Below the pieces are notes generated by a model. That model was not told the origin of the DNA, did not search any database, and saw nothing but the letters and a program-made list of their open reading frames with translations. From Phoronis australis (Eukaryota > Animalia > Phoronida): a stretch of DNA of 64,000 nucleotides. Position numbers and translations under genes: made by a program. Below, piece after piece: positions 51,745 through 64,000 of the stretch. Within the stretch, counting starts at the first letter, position 1, and the number at the start of each line of letters is the position of its first letter. The stretch spans positions 570,347-634,346 of the forward strand of contig NMRA01000013.1 in assembly GCA_002633005.1 (NCBI GenBank), read 5' to 3'.

Positions 51745-51979
51745 AAAAAAAATAATTGCAGGCGGTCTGATACACGTTGTACCAGACGTGCACAGGCCTC
51801 GCATATGGGCCCATTGCACTGATCACCTGGAGCTATTTTTATGCTAAATTATTAATAAATGGTTCAAGCTGAGGAGCTAGAAACCTCGCTCAAGGTTTTA
51901 GCAGTGTGACCTGGTGGGACTCGAACCCACGACCTCGAGTAAAGAAAGCGGCACTTATCAAGCAGGCCACACTGCCTCC
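51745..51979 (-). mobile_element. tRNA-derived SINE (decayed)
   Basis: Minus strand reads GGAGGCAGTGTGGCCTGCTTGAT (A-box-like), then the B box GGTTCGAGTCCC (51927-51916), then CCTTGAGCGAG, which resembles the conserved central domain of animal SINEs. No intact cloverleaf. The 3' boundary is approximate. Confidence 0.7.
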
Positions 51980-52479
51980 TCTTAATTAGGGCCCCACTTG
52001 AATGTTCATGCATTTCCTCACTGCTATACTTCCTTTCTGCAACCACGAAGTTGATCCATGTGACAAAGATAGGCTTCACACAAAGGGTGCCACCTATCAG
52101 CATCAGCATCTTGAAAGTTCAACCCCGAAAATGTTCCCACTCATTTGGCACTTCATGCGACACTCAAATTAAATTATTTACAAATGCTATCGATTTTTTA
52201 TATTAATAAATTTTAAGATAAACTTTAATATAGTCATTTGGCAACTACAAGAGTTCTTCTCTCGGCAGTTATCTGGTCATAGAGGGTTTTTAGATCTTCA
52301 ATGAAAATACTAAGCAACTGAGTTTAAATACAAAATTATAGCACTGGGTGTGATAGACATGTGAGTGAAAATGGCAATAACTGAAATTCTAATGGCTTAA
52401 AAGCAAGCATTACCAAACTCAAAAACTCTCTCGGTTGTTTTATAGGAATGCAAAAGAGAAACATTAGTCTTAAAATGGA

Positions 52480-52842
52480 ATGTGCACGCTAATTCGTTAT
52501 CTCCATAATTGCTTGGTCAAATTAGTTAGAAACATAACGTATACCGTAACGACAATGCGCATAATGAAGAACATTGAAAAATTGACAAATGTTTTCAAGA
52601 GCGAGTTTTGTGTCATAAATGATCCGCCCTAAATGGCTCAATCGTATCCAGAAGTATCATGGCATGGTGTTGGGAGGGGTTATGTGAACTCACAAGGTAC
52701 GTCATTAGTGCAAAGGTCACCTATTTGCAGAATTTTTTGTTTTCTCATTTACAAGTTGTCAGTGAATACAACTGCACCTTGTTTAGCATAGATTATGTTC
52801 AAACAGCATTGTCGTTTAGTTCCTGTTATACATTAGCATAGT
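52480..52842 (+). repeat. Uninterrupted (empty-site) copy of the repeat at 23545-24380
   Basis: Colinear with both flanks of the 23708-24195 insertion. Confidence 0.8.
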
Positions 52843-53345
52843 GAAGTGATTTTGACAGGATAATTTATGGCAACTTTCAAAAGCACTGACTTGCAAAAGA
52901 GAAATCACTGGCCACAAACACTGAAACCAAAATCCCAGAAAATATGTCTGTGTTTGCAAACCGAGGGGGCTGTTCATAGTGGAATATTCCTAGTGTTCAG
53001 TGCTTTGAGGAGGTTGGCCCTCATTAAAGTCTTTCTGATGACACTTTTAAGCCACAAACTTTGTCTAACACTCTACCCAGCTTGATTTACAATTATAACA
53101 GTTTAACCTTCATGCAAGAACGTCTTTGAAAAGCTTCCCAAAATAGCCATTAAGAAATGCGATAATTTGTGATGTCCTAACATTCTTTAGCACTAGCGCA
53201 ATACCAAGTCCTGTTTTATGAAACATGGCTACTGATGCTGGCATAATCCATCAAGATCATAACCGTCGCTGTCGCCATCGCCATCATCATCATCATCATT
53301 GTAGTCCTAGCTGTTGCAGTTGATACTGCTTTTGTTATTGTTGTT

Positions 53346-54885
53346 ATGTGCCCACATATTTACATGTGGACGCATTATGCCGTCATCTCCGTCCGGGTGG
53401 CATCCGTCTGGCATCTGCTGCTCTATCTCCAAAACCCTTTGACATACGTTCGCGAATGGGACGGCATGAGCGAACTTTCGAACGGATCGGACTACCGGTG
53501 TGCTCTCTAGTGGCAATTTTAGTTTTTTTACGCTTACCTTTGTATCTTCAAAAGTCCTGAATGGATTTTCATGAAATTTGGTATGTAGGCACCTATTAGT
53601 GAGATAACACTATCCACCTGTTTTTGGATGGATTCGACATAGTTTGCGCCACCTAGTGGCCATTTTTACTGTTTTCGAGTTTTTTTGCGTCCACCCCTCT
53701 ATCAACCAAACCGCTCAAAGGGTAACTGTGAAAATTGGCAAGTATGTGCTTACTATAAAGAGGAAGGTTGACGAGGATTTTCTGACGACTTCGACTACTG
53801 TGGCACCTCCTAGTGGCAGTTTTGAAATTTTTGCGCCTATGGCTGTATCTCCTAAACCGTTCGCAGGGTCTTTACAAAATGTAGTAAGTATATTTATATA
53901 ATGTTAACAACAAACGATGACGAATTTTGGACAGATCGGACTACCGGTGTGTCCCCTAGTGGCAATTTTATTTTTTCACGTTTACCTTTGTATCTTAACG
54001 GATTTTCATGAAAATTAATATGTAGGCACCTATTAGTGAGATGACGCTATCCTCCCGTTTTCGGATGGATTCAACGTAGTTTGCACCACCTAGTGGCCAT
54101 TTTTACTGTTTTCGAGTCTGTTTTTTGCGTCCACCCCTCTATCAACCAAACCGCTCAAAGGGTAATTGTGAAAATTGGCATGACTATAAAGAGGACGGTT
54201 GACGATGATTTTCCGACAATTTTGACTGCATCTCCTAAACCGTTCGCAGGATCTTCACTTAATTTAGTAAGTGTATTTATGTGATGTTGACTACGGATGA
54301 CGACGACTTTCAGACAGATTTGACTACTGCTGTGCCCCCTAGTGCCAATTTTAGTTCTTTACGTTTAACTCAGTATCTTCAACAGATCCTCAACAGATTT
54401 TCATAAAATTTTAAATATATGCATCTATTGGTATGATGTTATCTGCCTGTTTCTGGATTGGAATTGAGGTACTTTGCACCACCTAGTGGCCACTTTTATC
54501 CCTGTATCAACCAAATCATTTGAAAATTGGCATATATGTTCTCAGTGTGAAGACGACCTTTGATGATGGTGACTGATTACTGTGGCGCCTCCTACTGGTA
54601 GTTTTGTTTTGCGCCCATAGTTGTATCTCTTAAACCCACTGAAGGTAGGCTTATCCAACGGACACTGTGCCCACTAGTGGCAATTTCATTTTATTCTGTT
54701 TTCCTTAGTTTCTCTGAAGTTCCTTGACAGATTTTTATGAAATATGGCATGTTCCTGTTTTTGGATGGATCGTATTTTTTGCGCCATCTAGTGGCCATTT
54801 TTATGATACAAATAAAGAACCCTAAAAGCACACCATTTGCAATGTATTCGTGGGCGCATTTCAACGCTCCGCGTTGCTCTAATGT
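53346..54885 (+). mobile_element. Non-autonomous Helentron/Helitron2 (HINE, DINE-1-like) element with 3-4 internal tandem units of ~340-450 bp
   Basis: 5' subTIR ATGTGCCCAC (53346) with a nearby inverted partner GTGGACGCAT, followed by ccgtcc/ccgtctg motifs. 3' subTIR GTGGGCGCAT (54850), then hairpin CAACGC-tcc-GCGTTG (54862-54876). T-rich flanks, no TSD. Units start near 53485, 53934, 54317 and 54660. Confidence 0.85.
53500..54796 (+). promoter_or_regulatory. Cluster of 10 co-oriented CTCF-consensus-like motifs inside the Helentron-type element
   Basis: Matches to GYGCCMYCTAGTGG at 53500, 53646 (GCGCCACCTAGTGGCC), 53803, 53949, 54083, 54332, 54476, 54585, 54667 and 54781 (GCGCCATCTAGTGGCC). 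Motif match only; binding is not shown. Confidence 0.55.
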
Positions 54886-56289
54886 TCAGTTTGTTTTCAT
54901 CCTAATAACTTTCAAGCTCACATGCTTATCATTCTCTGAATAAAACTAATATCCAGGGATGTACATTCTGAACATGAAGGTTAATGAAGTAAAACAAATG
55001 TCATACGATTGATAATAATTTGTCAATAGGATCACTCTCAGGTCAGGCTCCATACATGTGAATGACTACATCCCTACCAGAAGAACAATATAAACAACAC
55101 GACCAAATTTCGTTCGATAAATATTTTAGTTCAACCAAATGACTAGAAGCCTCCATCAAGGTACAGGTTTTATTTTTAGTGTTTGAACTCAAGATAAGCG
55201 TCTATTATTCCTTGCTTGAGTACATTATGGTTATGCAACAGGGTCTCTAGTTTGCACCTGATGAGCCCTAAAATCGATCTACTAATCCAACTGAAAACAG
55301 AGATTTCGAGTAAAACCTTGGAATTTGGAGTCAACACTCAAAGTTGAGTCTTATTGCTATGGTCATCAAGTACACTAGCCATTATGTACTTGAGCATAGA
55401 ATAATAGACACTTATCTTGAGTTGGCATAAATGTAGAATAGAAAAGCCAAAAATATTTCTAAGTTCAATTTCAAGTAAAATGATTAGATACCAGGGCCAG
55501 AAAACAGTGATTGCTAATAAAATCACATAAACAACAACTTGTTGAAGTTGTTTAGCTATGACCAAAGCTATACAAAATAGCTTTCATAAAAGCTAACTTT
55601 CAACAAGTCTATCCCACTCAGCAATAATCCCAAAATACATTTCTTAAGGCCCGAAAATCGAGTTTTTCCCTTTAATAAAGATACAATCCAATATGCAAGG
55701 GTACATGACTGCTATTAATGCCCATTTGGTAGTTGGTGAACAACAATACACTACTTTTAGCTATTCTGGCAAGGTTCTTGTCATCCCACTTGAAGTTTAC
55801 CATCTGTTCAAGATTACTGGCAGTTATCATTGGATGTATATGGAAACTTGAACACCTCATGACAATAACAGCATAGAAAACACAGGTAAAATGTCAATAC
55901 AGGTATTAGGAGAGGCATTTTCCAGAATTCACCATTAGAGAGGTTTTGTTCATGACCCGGAATATTAAATCGAAGAAAAATGCTTTAAGTTCTGAAATTT
56001 ATCAAAGATGACATATGTGGGAATACTGTGAAATTTAGGCCATGACCTATGGGTAGGTGTGTGTATATGCTTTTGTGTGTGTGTGAGATTATCATTTCAA
56101 ATCCTAGCTAGAAATTGACCTGGACAAATGATTATCCTGATACTGTTAATTTTCACTATTTATCATGCCCTGGTTAATTTGTTTTTGTTCTGGGTTGAGC
56201 ACAAGCAGGGCACATGCTTCAAGAGTTATAAGAAAAATGTGGGATTTTTCACATAGATTGCTGGATTTCTGATATAGGCATTGAGGCAC

Positions 56290-56665
56290 TCTAGTGGGTT
56301 CACTATTTTGGTCAGCTTTGATCAATATATCTTAGAAATGGCCGTTCCGATTCACATGACACGTTCATGTACTATGATTTATGTACTGTTCTGCAAAACG
56401 TTGATAGAAATTATTTTTAAAATGTTCCACGAGAGGCTATCAAGAAAGGACTAACATAATTAAAACAACTTTAAAGATGGACAAAACAAAAACAAAACGA
56501 TAATTTAAAAAACTATAATGAGTTTTTTTTGACATTTTCTCTCGAACATTTATATCATACGAAATTTGCTCATGTTACTGATCCTGTTGTTTTGCTATGA
56601 ATACGCTTTTCATTTTATTAAATTTTTCTAAAATGTCTTGTTGATAAGGTCCTACATAACCTGGC
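56290..56665 (-). repeat. Inverted copy of the 29123-29430 repeat, ending at TTAA (Kolobok-like terminus)
   Basis: ...ttgttgataaggtcctacataacctggc|TTAA. Confidence 0.6.
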
Positions 56666-57559
56666 TTAAAAGGAAAACCCTGTTTTGACAACTTCACCCA
56701 AACCTCCCTCAGTCACCTGCTTATCACCAAAGTCCCACTTGAATATTAAAAGTTGGATTCAAGTATAAATTCATATTCTCCGAGTCATAAATTGCATATG
56801 TATCTTGGTGGGTGGTCTTTTCCTGCAGTTATGGTATGTAACTCCTTAAAGCTTAGGCCACGCTTGCCGGTTTAGCATGCAATGTAAAGAGTTTTCAAAT
56901 TTGCTCCAAAAAGTTGAGAGTTGCAGAGGGGTTACTGCACACTGTTTTGTTTCAGAAAACTGGGTAGGAAAGCCGTTTTCAATATCTGTTAGTAAGCCAA
57001 AACATCGTTAGGTATCCCTTTAAAGAAAGCCTACACATCCTTGATTCTAAAGTATTTTTCTCTTTGCATAACAATTATAGTACTTCCACTAAACTTTGTT
57101 GAGTCGCTGATGGTTTTGGCATTTTGAGGGTAACAGAAGTAGAAACTCATCATGGTAAAGAATATTCTGAGACTGATTATATGAGGGAGAACGGCCGAAG
57201 CAGACTTTCATTTTTAGCCAACTAAAGAAGGCGAGGCGGTGGTTCAAGATAACTTCATAATCTCAGCAACAAATAATGAAGTGATTACATATTGCGTACC
57301 AGTTGCGCATTAAACAATGCTGGAAACAACACAGAAATCGCTTTTTGAAAGCACCCAGTCATTCATCACACGTGGGTGCATTAATACGCGTAATCTTCGA
57401 CAGTACATCCCGCGATTACTGCTGCATCTCATAAATCCTTTAACGGATATTAATGAGATTTGGTGCTGACGATTAATGAAGATCAAGTTCCAAACCGATC
57501 CACCTGAGGGTGCATCGTAGGGACAATCTTGATTTATTACATTTCCAGCTGGAGTTCCT

Positions 57560-58075
57560 TTATGCATTTTCTTAAAATTGGCAAATAGATTTGATATTAT
57601 CTATGCCACCCAGTGGCAATTTTTAATATTTCGGCGCCCGCCTGTCTATCCGCCAAACACAACCCTCACAAGATCTACGAATTTTCCTATGAATGTGATA
57701 ATGGGTAATAACTCTTGGATGATTCTGACTTCTGTTTCATACCACAGTGGCAATTTTTTTTGCTTTTACCTCTGTATGTTCAGAATTCCTAGTTGGATTT
57801 TCATAAAATTCGGCAAATAGGTTTCTACTATGGAGACAACAACGCCTTTTCATTTTCAACAGGTTTGATGTATTCAGCACCATCTAGTGGCCATTTTTGT
57901 TTTTGAATCTGTAATCTTCTGAAATCTGGTAATTGAATTACCATGAGCGCGACAATGGATAACTATTTTTGATAGATACGACTACCGCTTTGTCTGTTAA
58001 GGGTAATTAATTTTTTAATACACGTTTGCCTCTGTATCTTCGGCTTTCCTTTACATATTTTATGAAATTTAACAA
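57560..58075 (+). repeat. Older, decayed copy of the Helentron-type internal repeat
   Basis: atgccacccagtggcaattttt (57603), cagtggcaattttt...ttacctctgtat...ggattttcataaaattcggca and gcaccatctagtggccattttt (57877) parallel the units at 53485-54800. Confidence 0.7.
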
Positions 58076-58258
58076 AATGGTTTTTATTAAGGAACACAAT
58101 GCCTTTCCATTTAGCACTTTCACATATGTCAGAATGTTTAGGTGTAGGCAACAGCCTGCCCCTGCAGGTGGCGCAATGAATACTTGGAATAGCTGAATTA
58201 GTTGAAATGCCTGTTTGGTGTCACTAAGCCTGTTGATGCTGCCATGTATATTATCTAC

Positions 58259-58400
58259 CTGTCTGCAGGTGGCGCAACAATTAGCAGGAATAGTAGAATT
58301 AGTTGATTTAAGTTGAATCCAACTAATCCCAATTTACTTCAATCTATCCAGCTCTGATCTATTCAACTAAGTCTACCAATTGTAGTGCCATCTGAAGCAG
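58259..58400. mobile_element. ~140-bp palindromic MITE whose arms contain CTCF-like motifs; extra left-arm copy at ~58155-58205
   Basis: CTGTCTGCAGGTGGCGCAACAATTAG ... CCAATTGTAGTGCCATCTGAAGCAG (inverted), with TAC on both flanks. Confidence 0.55.
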
Positions 58401-61400
58401 TACTGACATTGGAGATGACAAGCAAGGATTTCTTCCTAAAAGAAATGTGTTACAAATTAGAGCAAAACAATTTAATAAATTTTTTTTTTATCAATATTTC
58501 AATGGGGAGGGATGTGTTCACCTTAATATATTCATCATGGTAGATAAATGGCATGCGAGTAGTGGTGTGGAACAACTGATTTAAGGGTAATGCTTAACTA
58601 CAACTAAGATTGATATCTAGATTTGAGAACCATGGTCATCTGTTGAAAGTGTAATGGAAAGATTTAAAACAGACCTTAGATTTTAAGTTGTGAGCTAAAT
58701 AGGTTAATACTTACCTATAAATGCTCGTTTAGTACATAAGTTACTACCATCATTTCAACTTGAGATTTTTAGAAATCAAGGGCTTAAGTCTGCTATTGCA
58801 TGCGCACAGCCTGGAAGGCTTTTTAAAGTGGCAAGTAATTAAGAACAAAAGGCAGATCACTAGATCTTACAAAACAAAGAACTCTCAATGGTATAACNTA
58901 TCAATATCAACCACCCCTATTTTGTATAAAGTGATATTTGTAAATATTCTTCTATGGGTAGAGAGGTACCTGAAGTTTTTTAATTCAGGATTTATTGGGA
59001 GGCTGGAGGGTAAAAAATGAATTTCTCTAATTTCTTTTTCATTATAAGAATTACTTAACTGCACTAAGTGTCGGGTTTTTGTGCAAAAGTATGTATAGCA
59101 CAATTTTTAAACCAATCTTTACTACAACTGCTATAATTAATTAAACGAAAGTTGTTACAACCAATAGATCTTGGTTCTAGTTTATATTTTACCACAGGAA
59201 TAAGAATTCGTTCATTCATTTCAGAAATTTTGATGGACCTAATTAATTAAGTAGGTGTCACTATTTACCACTTTTGTGGTAAGTCTGCGGCTCATGGAAG
59301 TTACGTTAGCACACATTTGTTCTTCACATGTGCAGTGTTTCTACGCAAATGAACTCAGGCACACCCAGTTGCAAGAATCCTATTTACAGCAAGATAACAA
59401 TTGTTTTAATTATTGGAATCCACTAAGAAAACATAGCTTAATGGCCATAAACAGGAAAGGTAAACAAGCAATAACAAGTTTGGTCATGTAATTTTACATG
59501 TGGCCAGCGTGAAACTGCTGTGGTAAGGCCAATTGACATTGAAACTTAATCTAAAATTAGTTTTGAAAGAGGAAAATGGCTAAATTACTAGCAATCATGA
59601 CAAATCTCACGTACAAACTATGTATGCTAAACCTCTGAAAAAGTAAAGAAACACAGACTTGTATACCACCATGAAAGCTGCTTTCAAGTGTCCGACACAA
59701 CAGTTTGAAGGCTTTTACTAACTAGAAAGAGTTGTAATCCCTAAATAACAAAGCTGAGCAAAACATTTAGGATGAAACCATAACATTTAATGATCTATTT
59801 TTGCTTTCAACACAAAAATTATATTAAATTTGATTTAAATTTAAATTTTTGGTACTATTAACTTATTTGTGTGTTCCCATTACTTTTTACTTTCTCGGGC
59901 AGGTATCAGCAGATAAGCACTATTCACAACTCAATGGTAACCTTGCGTATCAACTTCTAGGTCAATTGCATGTTCTAATTTAGTAGAACCAAAGCATTCG
60001 ATAGGCCACAAAAGACGCAAATCGAGCCTTTAACTGATTAGGCCTTGTTTTTGTTATGAAAAATCGCCAATTAGCCAAGCAAACAGATTAAGTGGTCATA
60101 TAAGCAGTGCAGTCTGTCAGACAATTGGTATGGGCAGCCATCTCACAGACTACTAGACGTCTCTATCATGCTTCCAACTAAGAAGTCTTCAGCATGGAAA
60201 CAAAGTACTAGTAATGGTAGACAGGTATTCTGGAACTGGTAAGAAAATAACTTCTACTGTAATTTTGCACAAGAAATAATTGCCAAAGTAGTAATTTTCC
60301 TTTTTTAGATAAAACTTTACCGTACATTATGGGAAATTTACCAAAAGTTGTTTTGTAGCACTTAAAAAACTAAGCTGGTATAAGACCAAAATTTTCTTAA
60401 CCTTTATTTTTGTGGACAAATTGGGCATTAGATAGGACTTCACTTGTCGGACATTCTGAGTGATAAAAAGGGAAAAATAACCAGTCAATTTGTAGAGGAA
60501 GTGATTCACATAGACACTTTTACTTGCATTTGCAACTTGGCTATCGTTAGTTAGGGAAGTTATTAAACTTGCTAGCAAGTGGAATGAACAATCGTTAAGT
60601 TTATCTAGTCAAAGAGAAGAACCTAGTCATACCTTTCAAGGTTAGACAGGTGCAGCAATTGTTATGTCAACTTGCTTCTTATACATTTTTCTAATCCTTT
60701 CCATAACCATTAAAATATGATAGAAATACAACATGGTCTTGGATTAAATGTCTTGAAACATTTATAGGACCATACTAAATCAGTAAGGGCATTTTGGTGA
60801 GCAGAACACATAAATATCCTTACTGCTACAATTGTTTCTTTTCTCAAGTCGCCAAATGGAAGTTAAGCCTACATCGAAATAAACTGTTTTGACATAGAAG
60901 CCAATCTTTAGGGCATTATATTGTAAGCATAACCTTATGGTCCAGTCTGTGCATTTAAGTCAAATGTCCACAAAACTATAGAGAACTTGAGGTTATCTAA
61001 AACTTTAAAAAGCAATCTCAACTCTAAGTCAAATACCAAAAAACTATGCTTTGCCAACCATTAAAAGTATTTATTGAGAAAGATCGAGAATTCTAAAAAA
61101 TATGCTTCCTTCTACTGTGACTTTACTAGTGTCACACGGCCGCATTTTTAAGTCAAAGTTTCACGCGCAAGAAAGGTATAATCATAGTAAAATAACCCCC
61201 AGCCTATTTTACTAAAACTTTTTAAATGAAAACTACGTTATGTCTCAAAAATGCTGTTAGGATTTTGCACAAAAACCTAACAGCGTTTTTGGGAGTTTTT
61301 GGCAATGCCCTGTTCACACCAAAGCAGATATAACTTTTAAAACTGATTTAAAAGTTATAGTTCTTGGTCAGAACAAATTAAAACTGGTTTTAAAAGATAT

Positions 61401-64000
61401 AACTGTAGTGAGGTAAAAACATTCTGTGAGCCATGTGGTTTAGTAAGAGGTACAACCGTTGCTACAAAGCTCAATGTGAAAATGATGGTTGCAAAAATTG
61501 TATCTCAGAACGTGGTGTTGATGTTGAATCTTGTTGGAAACAATGATGCACCAAGCTAAATGGGGGTCGTCGTAAAGCGAAAGCATTGGCAACTTGTGAA
61601 ACTAAAACCAAACCAAGAGTCAGGGCAAACTATTATTCAAGTATATGTTCACCTCATCTCTAATATGCTTCCGACACATGGGGAGCACACAGTTCGCATT
61701 ACTGAGAGGGATGGATATCATCCATAAAGACCATGTCTGTGCATGAGGAATGCATGTCCAGCTGCTGCTGGGCAATTAATATGTGGCAAAGTATACCCCG
61801 CATGGAGAACCCCAATTGAATTGAGAGGCAGGTGGCCCACTCTTCTGCACATTGAGATAAAAAATACTGCTGGACTGAAATAATTAGTGGGACAGCATAG
61901 CTCTCTTCATGAAAAGTGTCAGATTAAAGACTGATACTCTAATGACATGTTCTATTATTATCACTTCTGCTTAAAACCACAGAGCGCGTGGAAATATCTG
62001 TCCATTTGATAACAGCAAGCTCACAGGATATATGCTATGGAAAAGGTAAGCTTTCATAATTTAATGTAAAATACAGTAGTACAAAAATTTAATGGGCTCA
62101 AACTTACATGAAGATCTGTAGTAAACTTTTTGTCAACTTGAAACCATCAGACAACAGGCAGAGAAATGATATGTCTAACAAAAGGAACGTGGATATAACC
62201 TCGTAGGACTGTATCATCGAACGAAAACAGAATCATGCGAAAATATTTATTTTAGCATCTAATTTGCAATCACCTGAATAACTGGAAAAATACCGAGTAG
62301 CAGAAGATTTTGCAATAAAATACAAATGCCACTACAGAAAATGTTTTGAAAATGTAATTTTGAGTTGTTCTTTCATCACACCTTTTTAACGTAAATTAAT
62401 GAGGAAAAACTCGACAAAGGCAAAAACCAAAACACAAACTGCATCTAGCAATTAACTCCTCAAGTAGGCCTGGATTTTTGTCATGTAAGTATTGGAGAAA
62501 ATAGAAATATACAAGTTTTACACAAGGTGCACTGGACGGATGGTGTTTATTGCGCGATTTTTTTCACTTCTGCCGTTCTCCAGGGCCTCCTAGAACGATG
62601 GTAGCTGTAAACACTACGTAGAACTTAAAAGTATCTCTGTAAAATGCACAGCTATTGCAAAACTAAAACTGTGTTAAGTGAGGAAACGAACAAAGCTTGA
62701 CTTAACAGTTAACACTCTGAAGAGGAGCACGATGTAAGTGGAAAAACAAGGCTCTTAAAACAATGTCAAAATCACTTGAACTCTGAAGTTAAAAACAGTA
62801 CATTAACAAGACATGTCATTTTTTGCAGGCAGATAGGTTTATTTTCTTAGGAATTATCACGAAATAACTTATTCCCTAAATACTTTTCCCCAGTACTGCG
62901 TGTCTGCACATTTAGCCAGACATCCTGGGACTTGCATTGTTGAAAATGGACCAGAAAAAAATCAGGACGACTATTGCATATCCTAGGCAACAAAGACGTA
63001 ACATTACAGGCTATTTCAGAGTTATCATTAGGTGAAAGGTCAGCACAAATGCGTCATAAAGAGCCACATAAGTGACCCTAATGTCAGACACAAGAGACTT
63101 GCTTAATAAGCAGCATTCCCATGCATTTCAGAATCCCAGAAACTTCACAGGGATCTTTTTACTGAAATTGTTTCCTCTAATCCGCTGCGTGATCTCATGC
63201 AATCGAGTACCAGTAATTTCCATTCCACCATGAGCAAGTTTTGAAAAGACAACTGAGAGCATGATAACAACAGTTAGTTAACTGGTAATAATTGTATTCT
63301 GCTTTCAAATATGCTGGTCGCCGAAAACATCGACCTGCATTTTTGACTGTTCCCTCTGATGTGTCGTGTATAGGAGCCAAAACTTTCACAACCTCCGTGT
63401 ATGGAGTTTCCTTGTTTAGGCGATCTCATTTCCTATAAGGCGACTTGAGAACTTTGGCAGAATTTTGGCGAGTTGACGTAATGCTAAGCAGCAAACCCTG
63501 AAGTTATGCAGGCTAGTACTCTCCTAGACAACTACCTATAGTAATTGAATTATTAAAAGAATCTGAATGAAAACCATTTACAAAAAGGCTCTCCATATGC
63601 CGTTACTATTTACACAATCTAGTACTCCTGATAGATTAGAATTTGAACTAATAATGCATTAAATAAATAGAAATTTTCTGTAATTGATGGAAATTATTGG
63701 TTCTTCAATGGTGAAATTTTATAATTGTAAAATTATAATGCTTCCAGAACTTACTCGATTTTGATACATGATGACAACTAATAAATGCTTTTGTGACATA
63801 TTATGGCGTGTGTCGATTTTTCTCGAGTTTCCTGCCATTTGCCATCAGACTGACACATACCATCTAAAGTCTAAGCTTGAAAAAACGAAACGTTACCTTC
63901 AATTGTCAAAGTAAGAATTTTAGTTTTTACGTATCAGAAGTTCCATCTTCCAAAGGTTAACTGACCCTGCTACAAACATGTATCGCTTGCCAAATATCTC

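Noticed and set aside
51905-51979. Possible tRNA gene
   Set aside because: The B box is present but the D-arm, anticodon arm and acceptor stem do not pair properly, and the downstream sequence looks like a SINE body.
53485-54800. Recurrent short motif with intervening sequence, superficially CRISPR-like
   Set aside because: The spacers are long and homologous to each other, the context is a eukaryotic intron, and there are no cas genes. Tandem units of a Helentron-type element explain it.

Overview
AT-rich animal genomic DNA, probably a bilaterian invertebrate (inference), with two assembly gaps (11982-12309 and 19447-20169). It is not prokaryotic and has no long genuine ORF. The only coding sequence I can support is two spliced minus-strand exons (11048-10853 and 7535-7403), which the ORF track does not report in the coding frame. 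They join in frame to encode a Cys-rich laminin-type EGF/EGF segment closely resembling the second EGF cluster of stabilin (STAB1/STAB2 family). I found no neighbouring exon by eye, so most of the window appears to be intron (over 7 kb on one side, possibly over 52 kb on the other). That intron is packed with non-autonomous DNA transposons: two Tc2/pogo-like families (TA TSD), hAT MITEs (8-bp TSD), a 2-kb composite hAT unit, an element with a 9-bp TSD, a CATG-ended element, a Harbinger-like MITE and a Helentron/DINE-1-type element. There is also a tRNA-derived SINE. Most notable: (i) the Helentron-type element carries about 10 co-oriented CTCF-consensus motifs; (ii) CpG-rich internal cassettes recur in different element contexts; (iii) a 24-bp hairpin insertion has a 7-bp TSD and an empty-site paralog; (iv) the hAT unit has hybrid ends bounded by one perfect TSD. 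All alignments were done by eye, so identities are qualitative.
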